64,000 nt of DNA. Source: Cycas panzhihuaensis. Lineage: Eukaryota; Plantae; Cycadophyta. Both the position numbers and the translations under genes were made by a program. Shown one piece after another: positions 39,301 through 54,100 of the stretch. Each line of letters opens with the position of its first letter. The stretch's first letter is position 1. Where the stretch lies: the NCBI GenBank assembly GCA_023213395.1, contig CM041465.1, positions 221,347,741-221,411,740 of the forward strand, given 5' to 3'. Under the pieces are notes generated by a model. It saw only the letters and a program-made list of their open reading frames with translations. It searched no databases and was not told the origin of the DNA.

Positions 39301-41242
39301 CCAAATAGGCAATTGTGAGGTCATGTCCCTCATGGATAGTTTCTAAGGTTATAATAAAATCCTTATCTCACTTGAGGAACATCATAAAATGGCTTTCACA
39401 ACTCCATAGGGAACGTTTTCCAATAAGGTCATGCCCTTTGGCTTGAAGAATACTAGAGCCACTTACTAGTAGGCAATGGCCTTCATATCTCATGACTTGA
39501 TTAGGGTTATAATAGCCATCTACCCTGATGATATGATTGACCTATTTCATTATAGAAAAGATCACATTCATGACTTAATAATGATCTTTAAGTGATGTCA
39601 TAAGTATCGCTTTTCCCTTAATCTAAGCAAGTATGTCTTCACTATCACTTCTAGCAAGATGCTGGGGAATATAGTTTTTCATGATGGTATTAGAGTCAAT
39701 CCCAAAAAGGTAAAGGCTATTATTGAAATGCCACCTTTGTGAAGTCAAAAGCAAGTGAAATATTTCCTAAGAAAGTTAGGCTTCCTACAGAGGTTTGTGA
39801 CAAATTTTACATTGAATGCTAAACCTCTTACTAATCTTCTTAAGAAAGGTACTTCCTTGAAATGGACCTTACTTATATAAGAGTCTTTTAATAGGTTAAG
39901 TTAAGCCATAGATTTGGATCCTATTATCTCTCTTCCTATATTTGATAAGCCTTTCATTTTGTATACATTTTTCACTGAGTCCCTTGGGGGAATGCTCACT
40001 TAAGAATATTAGTGTAGTAGGGAATAAGCCATCTATTTTATAAGTAGAACCCTTATTGTTATTGAGCTCAACTACTCCTCTTCAAAGACATAATGCTTAT
40101 CCTTGGTTTTCACAACTAAATTTTTATGTCATTATCTCCTTAATAACACTACTTTCGTAACTGCCTAATCAGACCCCATTTTCCTCTTGCTTACCAAGAG
40201 TGATCTTACTAGGTAAGCTAACAAGTGGGTCCTCCTCTTATAAGAGTTTAACCTATAAATTATCAATTGTAAATCTAAAAAGGGAATTATAGTTGTTGAG
40301 ATGGTGGTTAATACACCTTTATCCAACCTTACCAATTTGATTATCAATGATAAGCTCCCCAATGAGTAAATCTTTCAAGTAGATATCATGCCTTTGGGAG
40401 AGGAATGGTATAAAGAGGTCAAAGCTTACCTCAATGACTAAACCTATCCCCTTAATGCATCCTCTAAAAGGAGGAAATAAGTTAGACCAATTACCCACCA
40501 ATATCTACTCTTTAAAGATGTCCTTTATAAATGCTCCTTTAACAAAGTTCTATTACGATGCCTTTTACCTTATAAGGCTTAGGCTGCCCTAATTGAATGC
40601 CACAATGACATATGTAGAAGGCACTTTGATGGCCAATCCATAGCTTCGTGTGTCCTTCCAATGGGAAATTATTAGCCAATACTATTTAAAGATGTATATG
40701 CATACATTAAAAAAATATAAAAAGTATCAAGCACATGCCACACTGATGCATTGTCCTACCATGCCACTCAAGTTTGTCATATCTCCATGGCCCTTTTCCT
40801 AATAGGGGCTTAACCTCATAAGCTAGATCTAACCTCCATCCTCAAGTAGTCATAAATTTATTTTAATCACTATAAAATACTTTACTAAGTGGATTAAAGC
40901 CATACTGCTTATTACTAAAACTAGGAAAATAATCATAGCATTCATCTTTCATCATATCAACTATAGATTCAGAGTCCTTGGCATCATCATCGTAGATAAT
41001 AGAACTCCCTTCTATAGCTCATAGGTGGATGAATTATGAAAGAAATTCCATATCACTTATCTATGCCTTACCATCCTCAAGCCAGTAGCTAGGTTAAGGC
41101 TTTCAATAAAATATTTGTTAAGATCTTGGCCAAGACAATAGTTGGTTCTCACTATGACTCACACATTTATCTCTTTCTTATATTCTGGGCCTATTAAACC
41201 TCCATTAGAAATGCAAATATAATAACACCATTCTCTCTAGTC
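36400..41242 (+). pseudogene. gag-pol: Tat-type gag-pol (gag knuckle, protease, RT, RNaseH, integrase)
   Basis: WHQIDTHDxNECH, NILLGRP, KDNSSLPFLDQI, VMPFGLKN, IYPDDM, IYFISRTL, WYKEVKAYL, YFTKWIKA, YHPQAS. Confidence 0.88.
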
Positions 41243-41599
41243 TGATGGAGCTGGATGAGCAGAGCAGGACATTAATATGAGAGCATTTTGAGTATAACGA
41301 CACTTTCCGATAAATGGCGGTGTTGATAAACACCTGGGAGGTATTCCCTTCCCTTAAGTAATGAATTTCGGGGAGGCGTCGAGTACCATCACCCTAGCTG
41401 CACAAAAACTAAGGTAAATTCAAAATATATTAAAAAATAATAGTAATACGTACCTCAATTAAGTGGTGGTCAGTCCAGATGGCTGTTGAGTGGCTTAAGG
41501 TGCCCTAGGGGTCCTCAAAGGCGGCTTTGAGGGGCCCTAAGCACTCAGGTATACTTACCACATTGGAATTATTCCCAACATTCTCCCCCATAAGCCAAA

Positions 41600-44500
41600 T
41601 GTGTATGACTCCCAAATCATCTCTAAATTTCTCAAATTTGATTTTTCCCAAAGCCTTCATAAAAATATCTATTGTTTGATCTTCTGTGCTGCAATAAGTC
41701 AACTCTATCTTGTCTGCTTATACAAGTTCCTAAATAAAGTGGTATTGAGTTTCAATATGCTTTGTTTTATCGTGGAATACTAGATTTTTGGTCATTTGAA
41801 TAGCGCTTTGATTATCACACCAAATTCTAGTAGGACCTTGATGTTTAATTTGAAAATCCTATAAAAGTCTTCTTAACCAGATTGATTCATAGGCTCCTAA
41901 CACTGCGGCTTTATATTCTGCTTCAGTTGTGGATAAGGAAATGGTATTTTGTTTCATTATACTCCAAGCTACCATTGTTGATCCTATACTAAATACATAA
42001 CCTAAGGTAGGGTTTCTATCATCGACATCACCAGCCCAATCTGAATCTATGTAACTAGTTAACTGAAATTCGGATATAGCTTTGTAGTATAACCCAAAAT
42101 CTAGAGTCCCTTTAAGATATCTAAGGATTCTTTTAGCAGCTTGCCAATGAGATGTCTTTAGATCCTGCATAAATCTAGACACAACACTTACCGAATATGT
42201 TATATCTGGTCAAGTAGAAGTTAAATATATTAGGCTGCCAATCAGTTGTCTATAGAGAGTGGGATCAATCGAAGTCGAGTCATCTATCTTAGAAAGTTTG
42301 ATTCTAATTTATGTTGGTATTGACAATGGTTTGCAGTTTGTCATTTTGAATCTTTGTAGAAGATCTAATATATATTTACATTGAGAGATAAATATTCCTT
42401 GTTTATCCTGCCAAACTTCTAATCCTAGGAAGTAATGCATAAGACCTATGTCTGTCATCTTAAATTCCTTACACATAGCATCTTTAAATTGATTTAAAAG
42501 ATGGGAGTCATTTTCAGTATAAATTAAATCATCCACATAGAGTCCTACAATCAATATCAAATTTCCCTTAATTTTGGTGTATAGATTTGGATCTGCTTGA
42601 GATCTTTCAAATCCTTGATCTTTAAGATACTTGTCTATACGGGAATACCAAGCCCTGGGTGCTTGTTTTAGACCATATAGTGCCTTCTTTAACTTGTACA
42701 CTTTGTTTTCTTCCCCTCTGACTTCAAAATTGAGGGGTTGAGTGGCATAGATATCTTCTTTGATATAACCATTTAAGAAAGAACTTTTTACATCCATTTG
42801 ATAAATTGGCTAACCCATTTGGGTAGCTAAACTTATTATCATACGAATAGATTCCATCCTCGCGACTGTGGTAAATGTTTCGGTATAGTCTATTCTTCTT
42901 TTTGGGCATATCCTTTAGTAACTAAACGAGCTTTATATTTATCAATGGAGCCATCGAAGTGGAACTTGGTCTTATAGACCCATTTGGTGCCAATAACTTT
43001 CTTCCTTAGTGGTAAATCTACAGGTTCCCAAGTATCATTTTTAATGATGGACTTATATTCCTCTTGCATGGCTTTCTTCCAACACTCATGTTAATTAGCC
43101 TCACCAAAGGTTTGAGGCTCATGACTTTTGAGTAACTTGCTCATTAGAGCAAAGTTGACCTTTTGTGAGTGTGTAGATCTTCTATTGTTATCCAATATAT
43201 TTCCTAAGTCATGGTTATGTTGAACCCATTTGGGTAGAGGTTGTGATGGAGGTTGAGATGATGTTACTTCCCTAGTGGGTTCCTGAATATTTCTCCACAT
43301 AGGAGGTACATATTTGGATTTATTGGATGTGTCAAATTTAATGGCAATGTCCTTCTGTTGTTCTTGATTATTTTGGTAGTAGTTGTCTTCTTGAAATTTG
43401 ACATCCCTACTCACTATAACTTTTCTTGATTTTGGATCATAAACTTTGTAGGATTTTAATGATTCACTATATCCAATAAAGATACATCTTACACTATGAT
43501 CATCCAATTTAGTTCTTCTTTGGTCAAGAACATGGGCATAGGCTAAACATCCAAATACCCTAAGGTGATGGATATTAGGTTTATAACCGGTCCATACTTC
43601 TTCTAGAGTTTTTCACCTAAGTGCTTTGGTGGAATATCTATTAAGTAGATAGACGCCTGTATGAACTGCTTCAGCCCAAAATTCATGGCCCAAGTTTTTA
43701 TCTTTAAGCATACATCGTGCCATTTCTACGATAGTTCTATTTTTTCTTTCCGCTACACTATTTTGTTGTGGGGTGTAGGGGTTGGTAAGTTGTCTCCTAA
43801 TCCCATGACGGATATAATAATCCTTGAAGGTATTAGAGGTAAATTCTCCTCCATTATCTAATCTTAGAGAGAGGATATGATATCCACTTTGTCGCTCAAC
43901 GAAGGTTTTGAAGTCAACAAAGTGGTTGAAATCATCAAATTTATATTTTAGAAAGAACACCTATGTCTTTCTTGTAAAGTCATCAATAAATATGAGAAAA
44001 TACTTGGCACCTACTAAGGAGGGAGTAGTCATTGGTCCACAAATATCTGTGTATACTAGTTGAAGTGGGGTAGATGCCCAATGACTAAAATCTGGAAAGC
44101 TTTCTCTATGTTGTTTGCCAAGAAGGCATCCCTCACACAACTCTTTATTAACATCAATAGGGGGTAAACCATTAACCATATATAATCTTTTCATAAGAGT
44201 TAAACTGGTATAGTTAAGATGACTAAAATGTCGATGCCATAAATCACTATCCATAGTAGTTGAGGTTCTAAGGGCATAAGTATTTAAAGGGATGAGGGTA
44301 AGCTTAAATAAACGATCTTTAATCATTATACCTCTAGCAACAATAGCTTCATTTTATTTTTTGTCTTTGATGACACATTCACTATTGTCAAAAATTACTT
44401 TATAATCTTATCCCATCATCTGTCCTACTGATAGTATATTTTTCCTTAAAGCAAGGATGTATAGAACATTATTCAAGTATTTATATTCACCACCATCAGT

Positions 44501-45810
44501 CAATAAGATAATGTTACCTTTTCCAATCGATTCATGAGAAGTATTATCTCTAAACATAATTGACCCTTTTCTATTTGTATCCAAAGTTTGAAATAACTAT
44601 TCTTTATAGGTCATGTGGGTGGAACAACCTGAATCAATATACCAACTATCATCCTCTTCTTCCTTAGCGGAAAAACTAGATAGAAATAACCTTTAATTAA
44701 TTTTAGATTCTAATGAATTTGACGCATGTCCTCTAGGGGTGGTCCATGTTTTAAAAAATACTTATCTTCAGTGTGACTATTTCTATGACAATAAGTATAA
44801 TATAATTGATCTCTTTTTCTATAACTAAGACTTTGACTCCTTGGTTGAGAACGGTCAAGATTGAAAGATCTCCCCCTTTCCTCATAGAATTAAGTATGAT
44901 TGTTTCTTGGTTGGTTATCACGATAGTTCTGAGTTGATCTTGAAGGTTGCGAATTCCCATGACAATGTGGACAGCAAGGATGATTATCAACTTGTCTTCT
45001 TTGGTTTAGATTTCTTGGAGGGTTTTCATGTTGTGGGGGTCCTCCTTATCTGTTTTTGTGAGGAGCTTGGTATCAGGGAGGATCTTGTCTGGTTTTGTTT
45101 CTAGGATTTCCATCTTTTCTCCTTGGAGGAGATTCATTTTATTTTGAGATGCCAGCTTGAGGGTTAGGTTGAATGTTGGACTTTGTAGCAAAGGCATGTT
45201 CTAAAGTTTCATTTGCAGTTTGTTGCTCTTCTATAGACATAAGCATAGCACTAAGTTGTTCTACTTTAAGGGTACTTAGATCTTTTAATATGTTAATACT
45301 GGTAGCTACCATTTCAAAATGTCTTACGGCTCATACACATCTAAGGATTTGTTCAACTACCTTTTGTTCGGTTAAGGTATCCCTAAGTGACCTCATTTGG
45401 TTAACGATATCTTAAACTTTGGTCATGAATTCAGTTACTGATTCGTGAGACATCATACGTAAATTTTTAAACTCACTCCTCAAGTTCTGTAATTTAAAGG
45501 AGGCGGCTCCTTCATATATAAGTTGTAAAGTGTCCCAAGCCTTTTTAGACTTAACGGATTCACTAATTCATGGAAACATGATCTTCTAATATGCAAAAGA
45601 AAGGGCTAATGCTTTGTTATCCTTTTTGACATTTTCTTTGTATATAACTTGTTCTGCATCGGTTGGATTTGATCTCAATTCATTATTATCGGTTCTCACT
45701 ATATTCCACATATCATTTGCTATGGGGATGGGCCTCATCCTCCTACTCCAGTTAAGGAAATTACTTCTATCAAATTTTGGGATAATCATGTTCCCAAAAC
45801 TAAACATCAT
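41600..45810 (-). pseudogene. gag-pol: Copia gag-pol with stops and frameshifts
   Basis: ORF pieces: IIPKFDRSNF, WYIDSGCSTHM, LWHRHFSHLN, DNGGEF, QQNSVAERKNRT, MDVKSSFLNG, LYGLKQAPRAWY, LYVDDL, DSDWAG. Confidence 0.96.
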
Positions 45811-48584
45811 TTTGAACTAAAGTTGTGTAAAAAATGATAAATGCAATATCAAAAAAGTTAAATGTGAATATTAAAAAAAATATTTGAATGTAAAAGGTTT
45901 AAATAAAAAAATTTATTTCCAAATATATCCTAAAGTTTTAAACAAGTGAACTAGGACTTAGAAAGGCTACTAGGCTCTAAGTTTAAGTTTCTCTTAGGGC
46001 AACCTTCGGTTGCTATTTTGTCTAGTGGTGCCTGCCCACAGATGGCAAAATAGGGACCCAATATATCAGTATGTGAGCGCTAGGCTCTATATACCTTAGT
46101 ACACGGGCTACTAAGAAGGCTTTGACACCCCCATGAATTGTTGGTCCACCTGCTCTGGACTTATATCTAACGACAGATCTAACGGTGAAGGTTCTCGAAC
46201 CAAGGCACTCACCCTCTCCAGGTCTAGCCTTGGTCTCCAAACACCATGAAATGAATAGATTCTACACCTCAGCCTGCCACCGATTACACCTAATAGCTAA
46301 TGGCTGTCCTCATCTAATATGAGTAGGCTGATTAGTATGTGCAGGGTGGTACATTCAGAGGTCCTAACCGTTCCCCTTGCAAGGCTGGAAAAAAAGGTGG
46401 TTCAATTCAGAATTATCTTATTTAATGTGAAAATTAAACTAATTAGCAATGTGGTCTTGCTTAGAAAAAAAAGTTCCTTTAGTATAATAATAATAAAAAA
46501 AATAGAAAGTAAAATAATATGCTCTAAGTAAGATGAAATAAATACTAAACTTTTGAAATAAATAAAATCTCTTTTTTTTTAAATTATATATAATACTCTT
46601 CAAATGGATGAATTATGCCTTTGAAAATAAAATAAATTAAATGTAATTTTTATAATTACAAGAAAAAAAATAATATTTTTCAATAATAATGAAGAAAAAC
46701 TTTTAATAAATGTATGCTTTTCAAATAAATGATACATTTATGATAGAAATTTTTAAATACACTTTTGAAATATAATGATAAATAAGAAAACTTTCAATAA
46801 TTATGCGTTTTAAAGTAAACTTTAAAGTAGGAATATAACAAAGATCCTTTTCACTTATACAAAGTTGAAATAAACTTTTGATAAAAAATATAAAGAGTTT
46901 TCAACCTTTAATTTCTCAAATGAATAAATATAAAACTTCAATGTAAGAAAAAATGACTTTCCTTTTAGTATATAAAAAATCTTTGCCTTAAGAAATATAT
47001 ATATAGTCAAACAAATAAAAATATATGTATGGATATTTTTAGTTACTTTATGAACAATTTCTATTACTCAATAACTTAAAGATGATTATATGAAGGTCAA
47101 GAAGAAACCTTAAATATATATCATGAACAACCAATAAGAAATAAAATAAAATTTGCTTAAAATTTTTTGAAGCGTAAGTCTATTAGGATGTACTTGTATG
47201 CTCAACTTTGACAGCTTGAAAATTATACTAAATAACATCAGAATAACTTAAACTTATAACAATATGTAGATTAATAAAGTGTGAATCCAATTGAACTAAC
47301 CGTTTTAAAAACGGGTTGCAATACGTCAAGATTTGAATGATTCAAAGGTACAGACCTCCTTTTGAGGCCCAACAGGAGTAAGGAGCTCAAAATTGCATAA
47401 AGTTGCTAATAAAACTTTAGAAGGTGATGAAAAATAATCAAATATATTTTGTAAAACTACTAAATATATGTTTGGTTGAAAAATTTTTGAAAAACATTTA
47501 TATGAAAATATGCGAAAAATGACAGATTTAGGCTATTAAGTAGTCCAACTTTAATAGATTTGAGAATGATTAAAAACACCTTAAAATAAATGAAAAACTA
47601 TGTCAGTTAGAAGGGGAATGGCTCATCGTCCCAACAAAGCTGACGGAATTGAATTTGGATGTCAAATAGAAAAGTTACAGTAAAAAAAGTAAGTATCTTT
47701 ACGTAAAAATGTTAAAAAATGCTAAAAAGCACTAAAATGTCAATTTCAACGATTAAAATAATGGTCAAAATAAATTCTAAATAATAAAATAAAATATAGG
47801 TTTTGAAGTTTGTTGAACTAGATCAATGTAGAATAAATTTGGGCTGAAAATAGTTTCCAGGTAATAAAAGGCAACCAGTTCAAAAAACGTTTTTGTAAAA
47901 AATTGAAAACAGGCTGAAAAAGGGGTAATTGACATTAAATTGACTGAAACGGGGTCAAATATGCACCAAATTGGTTATATGACCAGTCAAAAATGATCTA
48001 CAGAAAAACTTTGATCTAATGAAGTTGGTTACATTTGAAATCGATAAGCTAATGAGAAGTTATGGCAAAAGAAATACGTCAATAACTCTATGTTTAAAAA
48101 AAAAAAAAATTAATAAAAGGTAAAAGGTTATATTATTAAGATAATCCTCTTAGAATATGAGTCTAAAGATAGACTGGGCAAGGATTGAACTTAAGACATG
48201 TCAGAGAATAAACCCCTCCATTGCCAGAACGGTGAACTCACTCGTCAAGTTTAAAAAAAAACTTACAAAAAACTTTTAAAAATATAAAATAAGGTCCCCT
48301 TTAATAATGAGTTGAAGGTCACATTATAAAGGTATATGATCGAGGGCCAAACTGAAGGGGGCTTGGATCCAAAAAACACCAGACCTCAAAATATATCCAA
48401 CATAGTTTAATTTCTTCAAAACATTTTATAAAAAATTATGTGAATTAAAAAATAATACCATCTTAAATACGTAGAAACTGGGCAAAACGCAATGAAATAC
48501 AATCAAAGGAGCAGTTGGAATCTCGAATATAAGATGGTCTGGTCCAAATATAAAGTATCATAAATATTCTTATCAATCGATTAG

Positions 48585-48790
<206 letters not shown>

Positions 48791-49086
48791 AGAAAACGGT
48801 CAGAAAGAATGAACGGGAGAAAGAACAGATCACAGCTAAACATGTAGACTATGTGGACTGCGTACAGATCACGGGCACATGAACAGGAAGCACAAACGGC
48901 TTCCAGACCAGGCACACGAATAGTAGAATGTACAGTATAGTGCGCAGGCCCTATCTCTTCTTCGCCTGTTTTGTTGTTGTTCAACTGTTAATTAAATTTT
49001 CGCTTTGGTATTTCTTTTGTATTTCTACTATCCAACCCTGGCTTTTATGGAGAATGTTTGGAGAGAAAATGGTTGTGGGGTTCTCT

Positions 49087-49239
49087 TATGTAACTTCTGT
49101 TGCACAGTCTGTTAAGAAGGCATTAGCATGAGGATGGAACTATGTAACTTCAGTTAGACAATCTTTGAATAAGACATTAGTGAGGGGATTGAACTACGTA
49201 ACTTGTGTTGCACAGTCCATTAAAGAGGCGTTAACGAGG
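49087..49239 (+). repeat. Three 54-bp tandem repeats (18 codons each)
   Basis: Units begin tatgtaactt / tatgtaactt / tacgtaactt at 49087, 49141 and 49195. Confidence 0.85.
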
Positions 49240-50407
49240 CTACCGAATAGTATGCAGATCTGGCAGACGAAGGGAAGTACACAGATGAAAGGAAGAACAC
49301 ATAGTGACGCATATCTCTTGGCAGACTAACGGATGAAGGGAACGGCAGAAATTTGTAACTTTCGGTAGTATTAAAAGCAGAACAAATATCTGATTGTAGG
49401 CGCAAAGATATAATCAACATATAAACCAATGGGAGTCCAACGTTAAGAGACCAACGAAGATGCCAACGGAGAGATGAAGACCTTTGCTACAAAACTGTTA
49501 GAACTTTGCTACAAAACTACTGAACTTGGCGATGAAGACACCAACGGAACGTAAAGAATGGATAATGGTTGGCTTTGGAGCCACTTACCGGCCCATTATC
49601 TAACTGTTGTTTGGTAGATTTCAGACGGGAAATCAAAGCCTAATAAAAAAACAACGGATTTATGCACGTATTTATAACATTCAAGTTGAAAAAATAGGAT
49701 TATAGGCCAATGGATGCAAGAGACAACCTAGATACGAGTATAGGCCTTTTCAACGGGAAATCTAGATCAAATAAACTAGATTTTTTAAATATATTCAAGA
49801 AAATACATCAAATAGACAAAATATATGTATATATTTGTATTGGAAAAAACACACGAAGAACCTGGTAAACTGTGATAGGTTTGTTGTGTAGACTTCTGAG
49901 CAAGAGAACGTCTTTCATAATAGATGAAACTTTGATCTATCTTCTCCAGTGAATAGGTGAGCTTGCTAGAATCTCAACTAGTAGTCATATGCAAATGTTT
50001 TGTCAGGTATATGAGAAGCTAAATCAATATGAGTAAAAATATAACTCCAACTTGGCTCTGATACCAAATGATGGAGCTGGAGGAGCAAAGCAGTACATTA
50101 GAACGAGAGCATTTTGAGTACAATGACACTTTTCGATAAATGGCGGTGTTGATAAACACCTAGGAGGTATTCCCTTCCCTTAAGTAATGAATTTCAGGGA
50201 GGCGTTGAGCGCCATCACCCTAACTACACAACAATTAAGGTAAATTCAAAATATATTAAAAAATAATAGTAATACGTACCTCAAGTAAGTAAGTGGTGGT
50301 CACGGATGGGCATTGAGTGGCTCAAGGTGCCCTAAGGGCCCTCAAAGGTGGCTTTGAGGGTCCCTAAGCGCTCAGGTGCACTTACCACATTGGGATTATT
50401 CCCAGCA

Positions 50408-50815
50408 TAGTCTATAGCTATGAGGCTATCCTCCCCCTCAAGGTAGAAATCACATCCTTGCATGTTTCCCTTAAGCAATTGATTGACAAAGAATAGAAAA
50501 GGGAAGCATAATTACTCAAGTTAGAGAAAATAGATGAAACATGCCTGATTACCTCTCAAAATAATTTAAAATCTAAAACTAAAGTTCGAGTAGCCCATAA
50601 TAGGCAATTAAGGCCTTAAAAATTTTATGTTGGTGATAAAGTTCTCAAACTTGAATACCTTCATAACAAATAATAAAAGTTTACCCCCATATAGGCAAAA
50701 CCTTACCTAGTTATCAAAGATCTTAAGAATGGGGAGTTTGTATTTCTATCGTTGATAGCCTTTAATTTGAAAAGCCTATTAATTCATAATTCTTATGGGA
50801 TTTCTATGCCTTAAA
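50408..50815 (+). pseudogene. pol: C-terminal part of the Tat integrase
   Basis: TPFSL|VYSYEAILPLKVEI rejoins across the tagtc TSD; GDKVL, PYLVIK. Confidence 0.85.
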
Positions 50816-51145
50816 GGGTAGCATGCATCCCCTGTACAATAAGGATAAAACTATAGCTCTCAAAGCCTCACCTTCTAATGAGCCTAAACTATGGTCAACC
50901 AATCTATTCCTTCTTCCCCAAGACCTATGCTTTGGAGGCATTACTCCAACATGAGCACAAACTTACCTTTCATCACTTTATCCCCTTGATAAGCCACATG
51001 CCCTCTCATATGGATCTATGACTCACAATAACCATGTTAGACTATTATCAGGAAATAGGATATAAGCATTATTTACTAAGCATGCATGCATGGATCTTAA
51101 TGAGTTTAATTAAAGTAGTTTTATCTTATTTGTGTCCTTTAACTT

Positions 51146-54100
51146 TGATGAGGGTATCTTACAAGGAAAAAGATTTAATCTCATATGCAAAAACCTAAGA
51201 AAAACAAGAAAGAGTCTAGAGAATAGAGAGACTTGTTTTACTTCAAATTCCATTCCATTCCATTCAATCTGCTAAAAGATAATCTAAAATTACATTTATA
51301 TAAGTGAAAGTGGGAAGTTTAAAAACTTCTAATCTTAACCCTAAAAACTCCTTAATTATGCAAAATAGTATATAATTCCATATTTTTAATTCAAGTCTTA
51401 CGAAGAAAACCTATACCACTAAGGGTTATTACATAAAAGTGAAAACTAGACTAAAACTAATTACTATTTTTAGACATATAAAATAAATCTCAATTTTTAG
51501 GCATTTTTGAAGTATTTTTTGGTATAAAATTTTTGGACCTATGATAGGCCTTTGGCTCTATCCTATGTCATTTTTTCCTATTATATTCAAATAGATCTTC
51601 GATTTGGTGCTAGAATGATTGAATTCTAATCATCGAGTCAAAAGTTATGCTTCAATCAATAGACCCCAAATTTTAGAGAAAAATAACTAAAAATGTGAAA
51701 AATAGATGGAGTTATGATGAAGGCCTAGATGCTCTTGCATTATCCTCCCTAGGTTAAAAATAATTCTTTTCTTACAAGTTATTATGATGAATTTCTTTCC
51801 ATTTTTTAAGATTTAATCGCTTTAGCTCTTCTTCAATGATTCAATTATTATATGTTTGTGGCAGACCTTTCCACTATACTAAGTAATTGTTATAATTTCC
51901 CTATTGTGCATGCATTGTCTTCATATCTAATATCTGCTCAATTTTTTCTCACTTCTTCCTTGGAATTTGGGGCTTCTAACTTACCACTTTACCTTCATAA
52001 TCTACCTCTTCATCTCCTTCATGATATGCATATAGATCTAAAACATTAAAATATGAGAGATAGCAAAGTGTTCAGGAAGATCTACCTCATACACATTGTC
52101 ATTAATCCTTCTTATAATTCAACAAGGCCCAACCTTTTTATATTTAAACTTGTTGTAAGTCCCTTGAGGGAATATGTCTTTTCTTAAGCAAACCATTCCT
52201 AAGTCACCTTCTTCAAATACCTTATATCTATAGGTCCTATATGCTACTTCTTTATACTTTTTATTATTGTCCTATAACGTTTTCTTTACCTCCTCATAAA
52301 CCTATTATATATGCTTTGTATAAGATTTTTCATCATCACTCATATTTTACCCAATGGAGAGGTGAACTAAATCTAGCAAACCCTTGGGGGTTTTGCCATA
52401 TACTACTTGAAAAGTGACTTACCTATTGACCTATTTATAGAACTGTTATATGCAAATTATGCCTAGGCTAATGCTAAATCCCATAGTTTGGGTTCCTCCC
52501 CAATAATGCAACTTAGTAAGTTTCCCAAACTTTTATTTACCACTTCAGACTGCCCATCAATCTATAGATGGTAGGCACTACTAAATTGGAGTTTTATTCC
52601 AAGCTTCTTTTATAGAGTCTTCTAAAAATGGCTCAAGAACTTGATGTCTTGATTCGAAGTGATTGTATTAGGAATGCCATGCAACCTTAAAACCTCTTTA
52701 AAGAATAAATTTGCTATCTTAATAACATCATTTATCTTCTTACATGCAATAAAATGAACCATTTTTAAAAGCAATCAATGATAATAAAAATAGAATCATT
52801 ACCTCTTTATACATGTGGTAATCCTAATATAAAGTCCATGCTTAAGTATGTCCATGGTCCTTCAGGTACTGGTAAAGGCATATATAAGCTAGTATTCTAT
52901 GCATGTCCCTTAGCCATTTGGCATATCCTATAGTGTACCACAAATCTTGCTATATCACTCTTTATTTGAGGCCAAAAATATTTTTCTTTTATTAGAGCTA
53001 TGGACTTATTTTAGCCAAAATGCCCTCCAAGACCTCCACTATGCAACTCTCATATGATGTTATCTCTTATGGAGCCCATTAGGATGTATAATTATCTTTT
53101 TCTTAAATAGTTATCCATCTTGCATAAAGTAATCTTCATAGGAAGAACTGTGTCCCTCAATTAGAGGATTCTTACAATGTTTAAAATTTGTTCCAAAGTT
53201 AGGGTCTAAGTCATACAAATCCTTAATGGCTTCAAATCCTATCACCTCATTTTCCATTGTGGCCAATAGTTCCACTCACCTACTCAATGCATCAGTAACA
53301 TGGTTTTGTTTACTTTATTTATGCTTCAATATAATTTTAAAGCTTTAGAGATAAGATACCCACTTAGCATATATAGCATTTAATTTCCTTTGGATATTTA
53401 CATACCTCAAGGCCTAGTGATTAATGAATAAGACGAATTCCTTAGGTATAAGGTAATACATTTAATACCTCAAAGCTTGGATAATTACATAAAATTCCAA
53501 GTCATAGGTTGAATATATTTCTCTTACCTCATTAAGATTCTCACTGTAAAATGCTATAGGTCTCTCTTCTTGACTGAGCACTACTCTAATTATAATATGT
53601 GAAGTATTATAATTGACCTCAAATACTTTTTCAAAATATAGTAGTATGAGCATTGGTGCCCCATATACCTTTTTCTTTAAGAATTAGAATCTATTCTATA
53701 CTTCCTTGGTCCACGTCAACTCCTTACCCTTTATACATTATGTTAAGGGTGCAATAATTTAACTAAAGTTTCTAATGAACTTTCTATAAAATTATACCAA
53801 ACCATGAAAACTTCTTACCTCTATCATAGTTTTAGGTGTTGTCCACTCAATAATTGCCCTGACCTTCTTCTTATCCATTCATAATCCCTCTTATAAAATC
53901 ATAAAGCCTAGAAATACTGGTCTCCCTTACATATACTTACACTTCTTCATATTTACTTATAACTTCTCTCTCCTTAACACTTCAACCATCATTCTTAAGT
54001 GCATTAAGTGCTCCTCCTTAGTCTTATTAAAAATAAGAATATCATCAAAATACACAACTACAAATATACTAATGAATGGTCACAATATAGCATTCATCAA

